A stretch of 64,000 bases of DNA from IMG/VR virus record IMGVR_UViG_3300032272_000003, positions 83,680 through 147,679 of that record, one strand, 5' to 3'. The stretch is from a virus. The notes under the pieces were generated by a model. That model ran no database searches, was not told where the DNA came from, and worked only from the letters and a program-made list of their open reading frames with translations. Shown in pieces: positions 9,848 through 17,668 of this stretch. The position numbers were made by a program, and so were the translations under genes. Within the stretch, counting starts at the first letter, position 1; the number at the start of each line of letters is the position of its first letter.

Positions 9848-10086
9848 AGCTCATACAACGCTTTATGTAACAACGTTGCCTCCGGGCATGGGTTATTAAG
9901 GTATTGGTGTAGATTGTGACACGCCACCAATCTTAATTGATAATACATAGGAATATCAATTATTCTCTTAACAGTTCTAACGGCATTATGCCTGTAATAA
10001 ACCCCTACCAGTGGATGAGATGATTTATACATCGTTTCCAATTGGTATAGGACAGTATCAAGATGATGTTTATCGATGGGTGTCAT
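9844..10086 (-). CDS. Family A' paralog (ends LHKALYEL)
   Basis: Close paralog of 9605-9847. Confidence 0.8.
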   Translation of the reverse strand: MTPIDKHHLDTVLYQLETMYKSSHPLVGVYYRHNAVRTVKRIIDIPMYYQLRLVACHNLHQYLNNPCPEATLLHKALYEL

Positions 10087-10343
10087 AATCGCCACAACGC
10101 TTTATGAGTCAGTTTGGCTTCCTCGGTAGGATTATTAATGTAACTAATCATGTAGGAACCTATGGCCACCGTTCTTAATTGTAAATCTTCGGGGATATTA
10201 CATTTACCGGAAAGACACTTCACTAAATCTGATATCATCCGATACGGGTACCTCTCATTGGGGGTCATAGTATTAAGCTTGATATCTATGCTGTCGAGTA
10301 TCCTACGTAGGTTATGTTCTTCGATGGGTGTTATAGGTTTCAT
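10083..10343 (-). CDS. Family A' paralog (ends THKALWRL)
   Basis: Conserved tail. Confidence 0.8.
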   Translation of the reverse strand: MKPITPIEEHNLRRILDSIDIKLNTMTPNERYPYRMISDLVKCLSGKCNIPEDLQLRTVAIGSYMISYINNPTEEAKLTHKALWRL

Positions 10344-10591
10344 AGCTCATACAATGCATTTTGAATCAGCACTGCCTCTTCGCATGGTTCATCTATATAC
10401 CGGATCATATATACAGCACATTCTACAAGTCTAACCTGTATGTCATCGGGGATACCACCACCATAGATTAACAACACGATGCTCCGTATCGACATCCTAT
10501 GGGATATCTTGACAACCTCACGTTCAGCACTATCATGCTTATTCAATAGATACTCGATTTCCTTAAGCTTCTCGGTAAGCTCCTGACTCAT
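10340..10591 (-). CDS. Family A' paralog (ends IQNALYEL)
   Basis: Conserved tail. Confidence 0.8.
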   Translation of the reverse strand: MSQELTEKLKEIEYLLNKHDSAEREVVKISHRMSIRSIVLLIYGGGIPDDIQVRLVECAVYMIRYIDEPCEEAVLIQNALYEL

Positions 10592-10842
10592 AACCCGTGT
10601 ATGGCCTTATGGAGGAATGTGACATCTTTAGTAGGCTGTATCAGGTGTGCCCAGGATGTAGAGGCTAGTTCGACGGCCCTGATCTGTAAATCCACTGGTA
10701 GGGGTTTATTACAATCCTCAAGTTTATACCGCAGATTTACACGGGAAAAGAACGTTTTCATGCCTCTGTTGTTGTCGGTAAGGAGTGCCCTCTCAAGCCG
10801 ACGACATGCTCTCTTTACTTTGCTCGCTTCTCTATTAGCCAT
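10588..10842 (-). CDS. Family A' paralog (ends LHKAIHGL)
   Basis: Conserved tail. Confidence 0.8.
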   Translation of the reverse strand: MANREASKVKRACRRLERALLTDNNRGMKTFFSRVNLRYKLEDCNKPLPVDLQIRAVELASTSWAHLIQPTKDVTFLHKAIHGL

Positions 10843-10845
10843 TAT

Positions 10846-11106
10846 CTATGACTCCCATAGTGCTTTGTGCATCAAAGTAGCCGCTGGTGTTGGATCAGTA
10901 ATATGTCCATACAGGTACGGGCTACACCTTATCATTTGTAATTGAACCTCTTCAGGGATAACCTCTATCCCTCTAACGATTGTAATGATCTGAATCTGAA
11001 TCTGAATCTGAAAAGCTGTTTGAAACGATTCTACCTTATCTTCATCACATGTGTCAATCAACATTTGCATGCTGGTCATCAAATCCATGAAATCGTTTTT
11101 CTTCAC
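10846..11106 (-). CDS. Family A' paralog (ends MHKALWES)
   Basis: Conserved tail; QI repeat. Confidence 0.8.
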   Translation of the reverse strand: MKKNDFMDLMTSMQMLIDTCDEDKVESFQTAFQIQIQIQIITIVRGIEVIPEEVQLQMIRCSPYLYGHITDPTPAATLMHKALWES

Positions 11107-11510
11107 CCCTTAAGGTTCTCCATCTTATATTCTGTATAGTGGCTATGGCCAGTGTTCTCCCATAGGATAGCACTGTCTGTCTGGGCGACCGGATGATTCA
11201 CGTCCAGGCCGGTGGCGTCCAGGAGGGTGATCTTAACAGCAACAGCACATGACCCATTGAATATCCCCTGTAGCAATGCACAAGTAATATCATGGTAAAT
11301 ATAATCCTCATAAGAGTCGGCATCGATTTTCACCCACCCCAGGCCATGGTGGTATGCCTCTATCAGGAACCCTATCTGTTCTGGGCATTTATAATCCCGT
11401 CTAAGGAATATCGTAACGGCATCGGTGATGTCCTTGCACAACTGTACCTGGGAATCCAACACTTCCTGAATCTTCATCTGTTCGTCAATCTGTTTCTGTT
11501 CTTCTGTCAT
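11103..11510 (-). CDS. Family C paralog (ILWENTGHSHYTEYKMENLKG)
   Basis: GW, AVK and tail motifs. Confidence 0.8.
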   Translation of the reverse strand: MTEEQKQIDEQMKIQEVLDSQVQLCKDITDAVTIFLRRDYKCPEQIGFLIEAYHHGLGWVKIDADSYEDYIYHDITCALLQGIFNGSCAVAVKITLLDATGLDVNHPVAQTDSAILWENTGHSHYTEYKMENLKG

Positions 11511-11836
11511 AGGTTCTCTCCTGCTATGTATTGGTAATAATCTGGATGGGCTTCATCAACCCATATAACCTCACTAACCTCACTCACTTTACTGTTGGTC
11601 GGGTGTTGGTACCAGTACCACCCGATCTTAAAGCCCACAGGGCTTTTCGTATTACTTAGTTGTAAAATCCTATCTCTCAGGATAGGATGGTAAATATTAC
11701 ACTGTGACCTCTCTATGAGCATGGTACTCCGCCATTTACAATCAGAATAGTACATCACCTCAAAGATAGAGGAACGCTTTTCACCAATCGATTTAATGAT
11801 ATCACTGGCTATACCTACGGCAACATGATGTTTCAT
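11507..11836 (-). CDS. Family C paralog (VIWVDEAHPDYYQYIAGENL)
   Basis: Conserved tail. Confidence 0.8.
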   Translation of the reverse strand: MKHHVAVGIASDIIKSIGEKRSSIFEVMYYSDCKWRSTMLIERSQCNIYHPILRDRILQLSNTKSPVGFKIGWYWYQHPTNSKVSEVSEVIWVDEAHPDYYQYIAGENL

Positions 11837-12171
11837 AGCTTCTCTCCTGCTACATATTCAAGATATTGAGGATGGTCCACATCCTCCCATAATATTACCT
11901 CAGATAATAATGTACCAGTCATACGATTAATATTACCAAACCCCCCACCATGTATTTGTAACTTAAAGCATAATGGGTTCTTTAATGCGAATGCTGTCTT
12001 GATCCTAGTCTTTAATATATCTTCATAAATAACCGCTGTTGGACCCTTAAATTTAGAACAACTCTCCCATCCCCAGTATAGGTCATAATGCATAAGTACA
12101 CATGTCCCTTCAGAAGCCACAGCAATTGCTATTATCTTATCTCTTAATTTAACAATACCTGCATTATTCAT
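11833..12171 (-). CDS. Family C paralog (ILWEDVDHPQYLEYVAGEKL)
   Basis: Conserved tail. Confidence 0.8.
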   Translation of the reverse strand: MNNAGIVKLRDKIIAIAVASEGTCVLMHYDLYWGWESCSKFKGPTAVIYEDILKTRIKTAFALKNPLCFKLQIHGGGFGNINRMTGTLLSEVILWEDVDHPQYLEYVAGEKL

Positions 12172-12539
12172 AACCTCTCCCTCGCTACGTATTCGATAAA
12201 ATCTGGATTATATGTATCCTCCCATATAATAACCCCATCTAAATCTAATAAAGGATGTTTGTGTGCTGGTCTGTGTATTGATCTGGAGGGATAACGCATT
12301 TGTATTTGTAACTTGAATATTATAGGAGAGTGCGTGACAAATGATGTCTGTATCCTACCCCTTACCATATCATGATAGGTTCTCACTCTCTTCTCCCCGG
12401 TAGTAAAAAATATACAACAGTCCGCCCATTCAAGACGTTTAGAGTCATAAAACGTGATCACACATCTATGATCATCGTCAAAACTACCAGACATCAGTAT
12501 TATCTCATTCGTTAATTCATTAATACCTGCATTATTCAT
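12168..12539 (-). CDS. Family C paralog (IIWEDTYNPDFIEYVARERL)
   Basis: Conserved tail; MNNAGI start shared with neighbour. Confidence 0.8.
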   Translation of the reverse strand: MNNAGINELTNEIILMSGSFDDDHRCVITFYDSKRLEWADCCIFFTTGEKRVRTYHDMVRGRIQTSFVTHSPIIFKLQIQMRYPSRSIHRPAHKHPLLDLDGVIIWEDTYNPDFIEYVARERL

Positions 12540-12928
12540 AACATCATCCCAGCAATAAAGCCCAGGTAGTCTGTATGATCTGTATCAGCCCACACCATTA
12601 TCAATCCTTCTTTGGGCGGATGCTCATTATAATTACCCCGACCCCAATCCCAACTACCTGACCCCATCCAGACCATATGATCCCAATCAGATATTATCGC
12701 TATACCTATAAGGCTTGGGTAGGGTAGATACCACGTTAACGTATTCCTGATATTGTTTCTCTCTATTGTGCCAACCCCAGCATCAAACTCAATATTAGGA
12801 ATAAAATGATCCTTAAAACAATACACCAGTCGATAGAAACTATTATTAGTATCGAAGGCATCCCGTTGGGTGGTCTTGGTCTTCTTAATAATCATATCCG
12901 TGACCTCTCCCACGTCTCTACTGATCAT
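12536..12928 (-). CDS. Family C paralog (VWADTDHTDYLGFIAGMML)
   Basis: Conserved tail. Confidence 0.8.
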   Translation of the reverse strand: MISRDVGEVTDMIIKKTKTTQRDAFDTNNSFYRLVYCFKDHFIPNIEFDAGVGTIERNNIRNTLTWYLPYPSLIGIAIISDWDHMVWMGSGSWDWGRGNYNEHPPKEGLIMVWADTDHTDYLGFIAGMML

Positions 12929-13251
12929 AACATATCGTCCGATTTATATTCGAGGTAATATTCATGCTCTTTATTCTCCCATATTAACACATTAGGGTCA
13001 ACTAACACATCACCAGTGAACATTTTGTCATCAAATACGAGCTTAAGGGCAACAACGTTGTCATTAAAGGCGTCATTAATCTTACGACGAATCATTCGAT
13101 AGTCGCCCAACATGGGTATGCACTTGAAGTATCTGTTCCAGCCCCTCTCAGGGATGTATCCGAATAAAGCCATACTATAATACTGCTCACCCATGTTTCG
13201 TGCCACCTTGGTAATGTTACCAGAGAGGGTATTACTCGTATTATCAGTCAT
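12925..13251 (-). CDS. Family C paralog (IWENKEHEYYLEYKSDDML)
   Basis: Conserved tail. Confidence 0.8.
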   Translation of the reverse strand: MTDNTSNTLSGNITKVARNMGEQYYSMALFGYIPERGWNRYFKCIPMLGDYRMIRRKINDAFNDNVVALKLVFDDKMFTGDVLVDPNVLIWENKEHEYYLEYKSDDML

Positions 13252-13586
13252 AACATATCGTCCGCTTTGTATTCCAGGTATCTACTGTGCTCTTCATCCT
13301 CCCATAATAACATACTAGGGTCAGGGGCATCAATCATTCCAACAGCCCATTGTTGAGAGAATATTAGCTTAACAGCTACTATACTATGAATGTTTCCATA
13401 ATAACCAATGTATCTTTTAAATTGACCATATCTATCCTTAGCATGTCGGGATGCGAAGGTCATATAATATGACCACCCTTCACTATCATGATAGACCCAT
13501 AACCCGCACGAGATATACCATGTCGAGTATTCCAGGGAATTGTTTACGATCATACTTGCCAACTTCGATATGGTATCGGCATTCAT
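13248..13586 (-). CDS. Family C paralog (LWEDEEHSRYLEYKADDML)
   Basis: Conserved tail. Confidence 0.8.
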   Translation of the reverse strand: MNADTISKLASMIVNNSLEYSTWYISCGLWVYHDSEGWSYYMTFASRHAKDRYGQFKRYIGYYGNIHSIVAVKLIFSQQWAVGMIDAPDPSMLLWEDEEHSRYLEYKADDML

Positions 13587-13924
13587 AACATCACATCAGC
13601 AACAAATACATCATAATCCTTATGTTCTTTATTCTGCCATAGGATAATCTTTGATCTTGGTGCAGCAAATGGGGCAATGGCAATGGCAATTATATCCTCA
13701 TCCACACCCACCCCAAATACCTTCAGACTCTCACTGATCCTGAGTACCTGACAACGGGTTGCATCCATATCGAACCCTACTAACCATGACCCCATGGCGG
13801 AGTTAATACTGGCAGCATGATAGGCATACATACTGTAGTACCGGTAATAAGTAGTACCGTTACCCCTCTTATGGAGATGCTTAGCGGCTTCTGCTATCTT
13901 CTCAGCCAGGACATCTACATTCAC
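13583..13924 (-). CDS. Family C paralog (LWQNKEHKDYDVFVADVML)
   Basis: Conserved tail. Confidence 0.8.
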   Translation of the reverse strand: MNVDVLAEKIAEAAKHLHKRGNGTTYYRYYSMYAYHAASINSAMGSWLVGFDMDATRCQVLRISESLKVFGVGVDEDIIAIAIAPFAAPRSKIILWQNKEHKDYDVFVADVML

Positions 13925-14277
13925 AACATCACCTCAGCTATAAATACATCGTAATCGATATGCTCTTTATTCTCCCACATGATAATCTTATCATTGCCCT
14001 TGTCACTCATACTTACAAGGGCAATAGCAATTACCTTATCATCATCAATGTAATCAGCGATATTACGTTGTATATGGAATACCTGGCTCTGACTGGCTAC
14101 AATAAGAAGTCCTCCACCGAACCAACCACTATTGGCTAGGTTGAAGTATCCAGCTTTATATACCACTACCCGAAACTTCCAGTGCTGACCACCAGACTGC
14201 CGGTAAATTGCCTTCGCAGTATCGGAGATTTTCATGGCCAGGCCATGTACATTAACACCTTTTACGAAATAGTTCAT
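13921..14277 (-). CDS. Family C paralog (MWENKEHIDYDVFIAEVML)
   Basis: Conserved tail. Confidence 0.8.
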   Translation of the reverse strand: MNYFVKGVNVHGLAMKISDTAKAIYRQSGGQHWKFRVVVYKAGYFNLANSGWFGGGLLIVASQSQVFHIQRNIADYIDDDKVIAIALVSMSDKGNDKIIMWENKEHIDYDVFIAEVML

Positions 14278-14633
14278 AGGCTCTCGCTCGCAATATAATC
14301 AAGGTACTCAGGATGATCCTCGTTCTTCCATATGATTTGTTCATATATTTGGCCATTGTAATTGAAAGCAATCGCTTTAACAGCAACACACTTCCAATCT
14401 TCAATCCAAATACGTAAAGCACTTCTTAAGTCAAGCCTATCTGTGGTCATTGCAAAATCATTGCTAATGATGCTAATACCAAATCCAGAATACCATATTT
14501 CATTACTATATGGTGACACCCTGACACCAACTACACTATTTAATTCACATAGTTGTTCGTAACTATTTAATTCACATAGTTGTTCGTAAAGAGTATTCTC
14601 AATACTCTCGATTGTTCTATTATCACTACTCAT
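14274..14633 (-). CDS. Family C paralog (IWKNEDHPEYLDYIASESL)
   Basis: Conserved tail; 27-bp internal tandem duplication. Confidence 0.8.
   Translation of the reverse strand: MSSDNRTIESIENTLYEQLCELNSYEQLCELNSVVGVRVSPYSNEIWYSGFGISIISNDFAMTTDRLDLRSALRIWIEDWKCVAVKAIAFNYNGQIYEQIIWKNEDHPEYLDYIASESL
14535..14588. repeat. Perfect 27-bp tandem duplication (YEQLCELNS x2)
   Basis: actatttaattcacatagttgttcgta twice. Confidence 0.95.
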
Positions 14634-14671
14634 AACATCTTATCCACCTTTTCTTGTATATGAGAATCCAT
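14630..14671 (-). CDS. 13-aa leader mini-ORF MDSHIQEKVDKML
   Basis: ATG 6 nt after the -10 box; TGA overlaps the ATG of the first array gene. Confidence 0.5.
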   Translation of the reverse strand: MDSHIQEKVDKML

Positions 14672-14677
14672 GGCAAT

Positions 14678-14707
14678 ATATTAACCTAATAAATAAGGGT
14701 ATGTCAA
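14678..14707 (-). promoter_or_regulatory. Candidate sigma70 early promoter TTGACA-18-TAATAT driving array 2
   Basis: Perfect -35 inside the first codons of gp25. Confidence 0.6.
14688..14695 (+). promoter_or_regulatory. T4-type late promoter AATAAATA
   Basis: 5 nt upstream of the gp25 ATG. Confidence 0.7.
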
Positions 14708-15090
14708 GACAAACTAAATACAGTGATATCGAATTCCAAATGAAACGCGATGTCGGTGGTGAGATTATCATCGTCCATGGTGAAGATGCTATTGGACAAT
14801 CGATCAAGAACATCCTCTCTACCTACCCAGGCGAGAGAATCATGAATCCCGAGTTCGGTAGTAGGATGAGAGACTTCCTATTCGAGCCTATGAACATCAT
14901 CACAGTTGAACGTATGGAGCTGGAGATCAGACGTGCACTCACTCAGTGGGAAGATCGTGTCAATATCATCCAGATCAAGGTCAAAGATGACCTGGACAAC
15001 AACTACTACGACATCACAGTGATGTACAAGATCAAGACTACTGGCCATACCGCTTTCTTCTCAGGGAAAGTCAGACCAGCAAGCGACTAA
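14701..15090 (+). CDS. Baseplate wedge protein gp25-like (GPW_gp25)
   Basis: AIGQSIKNILSTYPGERIMNPEFGS...LFEP...WEDRV. Confidence 0.95.
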   Translation: MSRQTKYSDIEFQMKRDVGGEIIIVHGEDAIGQSIKNILSTYPGERIMNPEFGSRMRDFLFEPMNIITVERMELEIRRALTQWEDRVNIIQIKVKDDLDNNYYDITVMYKIKTTGHTAFFSGKVRPASD

Positions 15091-15110
15091 ATACGTTGAC
15101 GGAGTAAAAC

Positions 15111-17657
15111 ATGGCGAATTTCGATTACACAAATTATAATTACCAAGAATTAATTGCTGAAGTGCAGCGAGTATTAGCTGCTGCCTCTGACAATCCTGCT
15201 GTATGGCAGGATTCATATCATTCAAGCACAGCCCAGGTGATCATCCAGGTCATTGCTGCTATGACTGATAACCTTCATTATATGCTGGAGAGACGTAGCC
15301 AAGAGAACTTCCTACCTACCGCTCGTTTAGCATCATCAGTAGGAGCAATTGCTAACCTATTGGGATACCGCCCAAGACTCACAGTGTCATCTTCAGGTAC
15401 GGTACAGCTTATCCTGGACGTAGCTGCTATTGAGCAGATTGTTATCCCTAAGTACGCCTCGGTGACGCTCGGTGATAAGAACTTTGTTACATCTGACCAG
15501 TCATTGATATTGGTTGGAGAGACTGTTGTTGATCTTGAAGTGTTCGAGGGTACTGTTGAATTCGTTGAGGTCGATACCACTACCGGTATTATCACCACCA
15601 ATGATACTGACAAGGATGTGTTCTATGATTTGACTTCTAACTTCCTCCTTATTAAAGATTACAGTGATATCGAGAATGACAGCTTCCTTATTTCAAGTGA
15701 TGCTGCTCAAGACTTCTACGATGTTACCAAGGCTGACCCTAGTGCCGTAACAGTGGTACCACCTATCGGTGCCCTATCATTTGCTCAGGCCACTGACGAG
15801 GTGTTTGACATCCGTTTATCTAATGATGGGCTACGTGTCCACTTTGGTGATGATGAGTTCGGTGAACGCCCACAGGGTACCCTAACAGTTAAATGGGTCA
15901 AGTCTTCTGGCCAGAGTGTAACGGTGCCATCTACCGGTGAATCATTCACTATGCCTGATTATCCTACCCTGGAAGATACAGCTCTACCTACACCTAACTC
16001 TTACACATATACAATCCTTAACACGACTGCTATTGATGGTGCCCTGGCCCCTGAGACTGTGGATCAGATTAAGACCCATGCTCCTGACTTCGCCCGTACC
16101 GGTAACCGTGCTGTAACCAAGCATGACTTCTCATACTGGACTAAGCAATCTGCTGTTGGTGGTATCATCGACGCTGCTGCTTATGGTGAAGAAGAAACAG
16201 GCATCACAGTATTCAATGCCAATAACGTCAATGTGGTTTACCTACAGACTGACGGTACCGAACTGTCTATCGCCGAGAAGCAAGAACTGAAAGACTTCCT
16301 CGACATCTACAAGACTATCACTACCCTGGTTATCATTAACCCTGCTGTGAACGTTCCCCTGGATATCGATGTTACAGTCGTACAGAACCCTAACCTATCA
16401 TTGGCCAGCTCACAGGTAGAAGACCTGGTACGTTCTGCCCTTGATGAGTTCTTCGAGATTCAGGAAGGCTCTATAGCTAAATCAGCATATCACTCAGAGA
16501 TCGTTGAACATCTCCAGAACTATACTGCTGTTGACCAAACTGGTATATCTAAGAACATCGCTCGTAACGTGACTGTTACTGTTAAGGCTCTGAACATTCT
16601 TGACCTGGATGGCTACGGTGACCAGGCGGCGGACTTCGTTACAGTTGTCGTCCCTGCCAACCCAACCGGTATAGCAGTGGATGCTACAGTGTATGATTTT
16701 GATTGTCTTTTTGATGGCACCACTAATATTAACGTAAATGCCCTTGGTTCACAGCTCACTACCTTTGCTGATGTGTTGACACAAATCAATACCCAGATAT
16801 CAGGATATGGTGTTGCTCGTATTAAGAGCGACAAGATCATTATTCAAAGTAATACATTAGGCACCGCATCTGATGTGGACATAACCGATAACAATTGGTG
16901 GTCTGCTATGGGCGGAACACTAGATGCATCAAGTTCTGGTGGTACCAATGCGATTGACACCGTTATCCCTATCCCAGTTTTAGCACAGCCCACTGTACCG
17001 GTAGATTTCATCTACCCTACCTCAGTGTTGCTTGTTGATGAGAACGGAGCCGCTGTTGCTTCTCCGGGCCTCCAGCGTGTTATATATGGTGATGGTATCA
17101 CTGGTGCCGATAGCACCGGTATATCAGGCACTACACCTTACTCAGTAGACATCACTGTCGATGGCGGTGGTGTTCAAACTGTCACCGCACCAGCCAATGA
17201 CCTATTAACATATGCTGCTGTGGTAAATGAAATCAATTCCCAGACTACCGGCCTACACTGTGAGCTATTAAATGGTCAATTTATCATCTACAGTCTCGTT
17301 AATGGTGCCGGTACAAGCATATTAATTGATGATAGTGGCTACGGTGATAAATTATTCACTGATTTAGATGCATTTACGAGTATTGAAGCGGCTGTCCCTG
17401 GATTAAATACCGCTGCCGACACACCATTAACCGCTGATGTTGGTTATATAGGTGTTGGTACGATTAATTATAAGACTGGTGAGATGGATATGCTCAAGTA
17501 TTTGGATAATGGTCGCTATTATGTGAAGTATTCACAGGATGCTGATCAGAATTTCGCTGCCTCAGCACGCCAAGTACTGTTATTTGATAACCAGGTGCTC
17601 ACTAATGACCCACTTGCACCACAAATACTATCGACTGTGACCGTCGTAACGGCTTAA
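15111..17657 (+). CDS. Baseplate wedge protein gp6-like with extra C-terminal domains
   Basis: ENFLPTAR...A.LLGYRP, HFGD..FG..P, E....IK..AP......RAVT..DF. Confidence 0.9.
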   Translation: MANFDYTNYNYQELIAEVQRVLAAASDNPAVWQDSYHSSTAQVIIQVIAAMTDNLHYMLERRSQENFLPTARLASSVGAIANLLGYRPRLTVSSSGTVQLILDVAAIEQIVIPKYASVTLGDKNFVTSDQSLILVGETVVDLEVFEGTVEFVEVDTTTGIITTNDTDKDVFYDLTSNFLLIKDYSDIENDSFLISSDAAQDFYDVTKADPSAVTVVPPIGALSFAQATDEVFDIRLSNDGLRVHFGDDEFGERPQGTLTVKWVKSSGQSVTVPSTGESFTMPDYPTLEDTALPTPNSYTYTILNTTAIDGALAPETVDQIKTHAPDFARTGNRAVTKHDFSYWTKQSAVGGIIDAAAYGEEETGITVFNANNVNVVYLQTDGTELSIAEKQELKDFLDIYKTITTLVIINPAVNVPLDIDVTVVQNPNLSLASSQVEDLVRSALDEFFEIQEGSIAKSAYHSEIVEHLQNYTAVDQTGISKNIARNVTVTVKALNILDLDGYGDQAADFVTVVVPANPTGIAVDATVYDFDCLFDGTTNINVNALGSQLTTFADVLTQINTQISGYGVARIKSDKIIIQSNTLGTASDVDITDNNWWSAMGGTLDASSSGGTNAIDTVIPIPVLAQPTVPVDFIYPTSVLLVDENGAAVASPGLQRVIYGDGITGADSTGISGTTPYSVDITVDGGGVQTVTAPANDLLTYAAVVNEINSQTTGLHCELLNGQFIIYSLVNGAGTSILIDDSGYGDKLFTDLDAFTSIEAAVPGLNTAADTPLTADVGYIGVGTINYKTGEMDMLKYLDNGRYYVKYSQDADQNFAASARQVLLFDNQVLTNDPLAPQILSTVTVVTA

Positions 17658-17668
17658 TGGAGTATTAA

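Noticed and set aside
3357-14633. Stop-codon reassignment fragmenting long genes into short ORFs
   Set aside because: Successive ORFs change frame through ATGA overlaps and each ends in the same motif; long core genes are intact under the standard code and all three stops are used
3357-14633. CRISPR array or integron attC cassette array
   Set aside because: No identical spaced repeats, no intergenic attC-like palindromes (genes overlap), and no cas or integrase gene in the window; the repetition is coding
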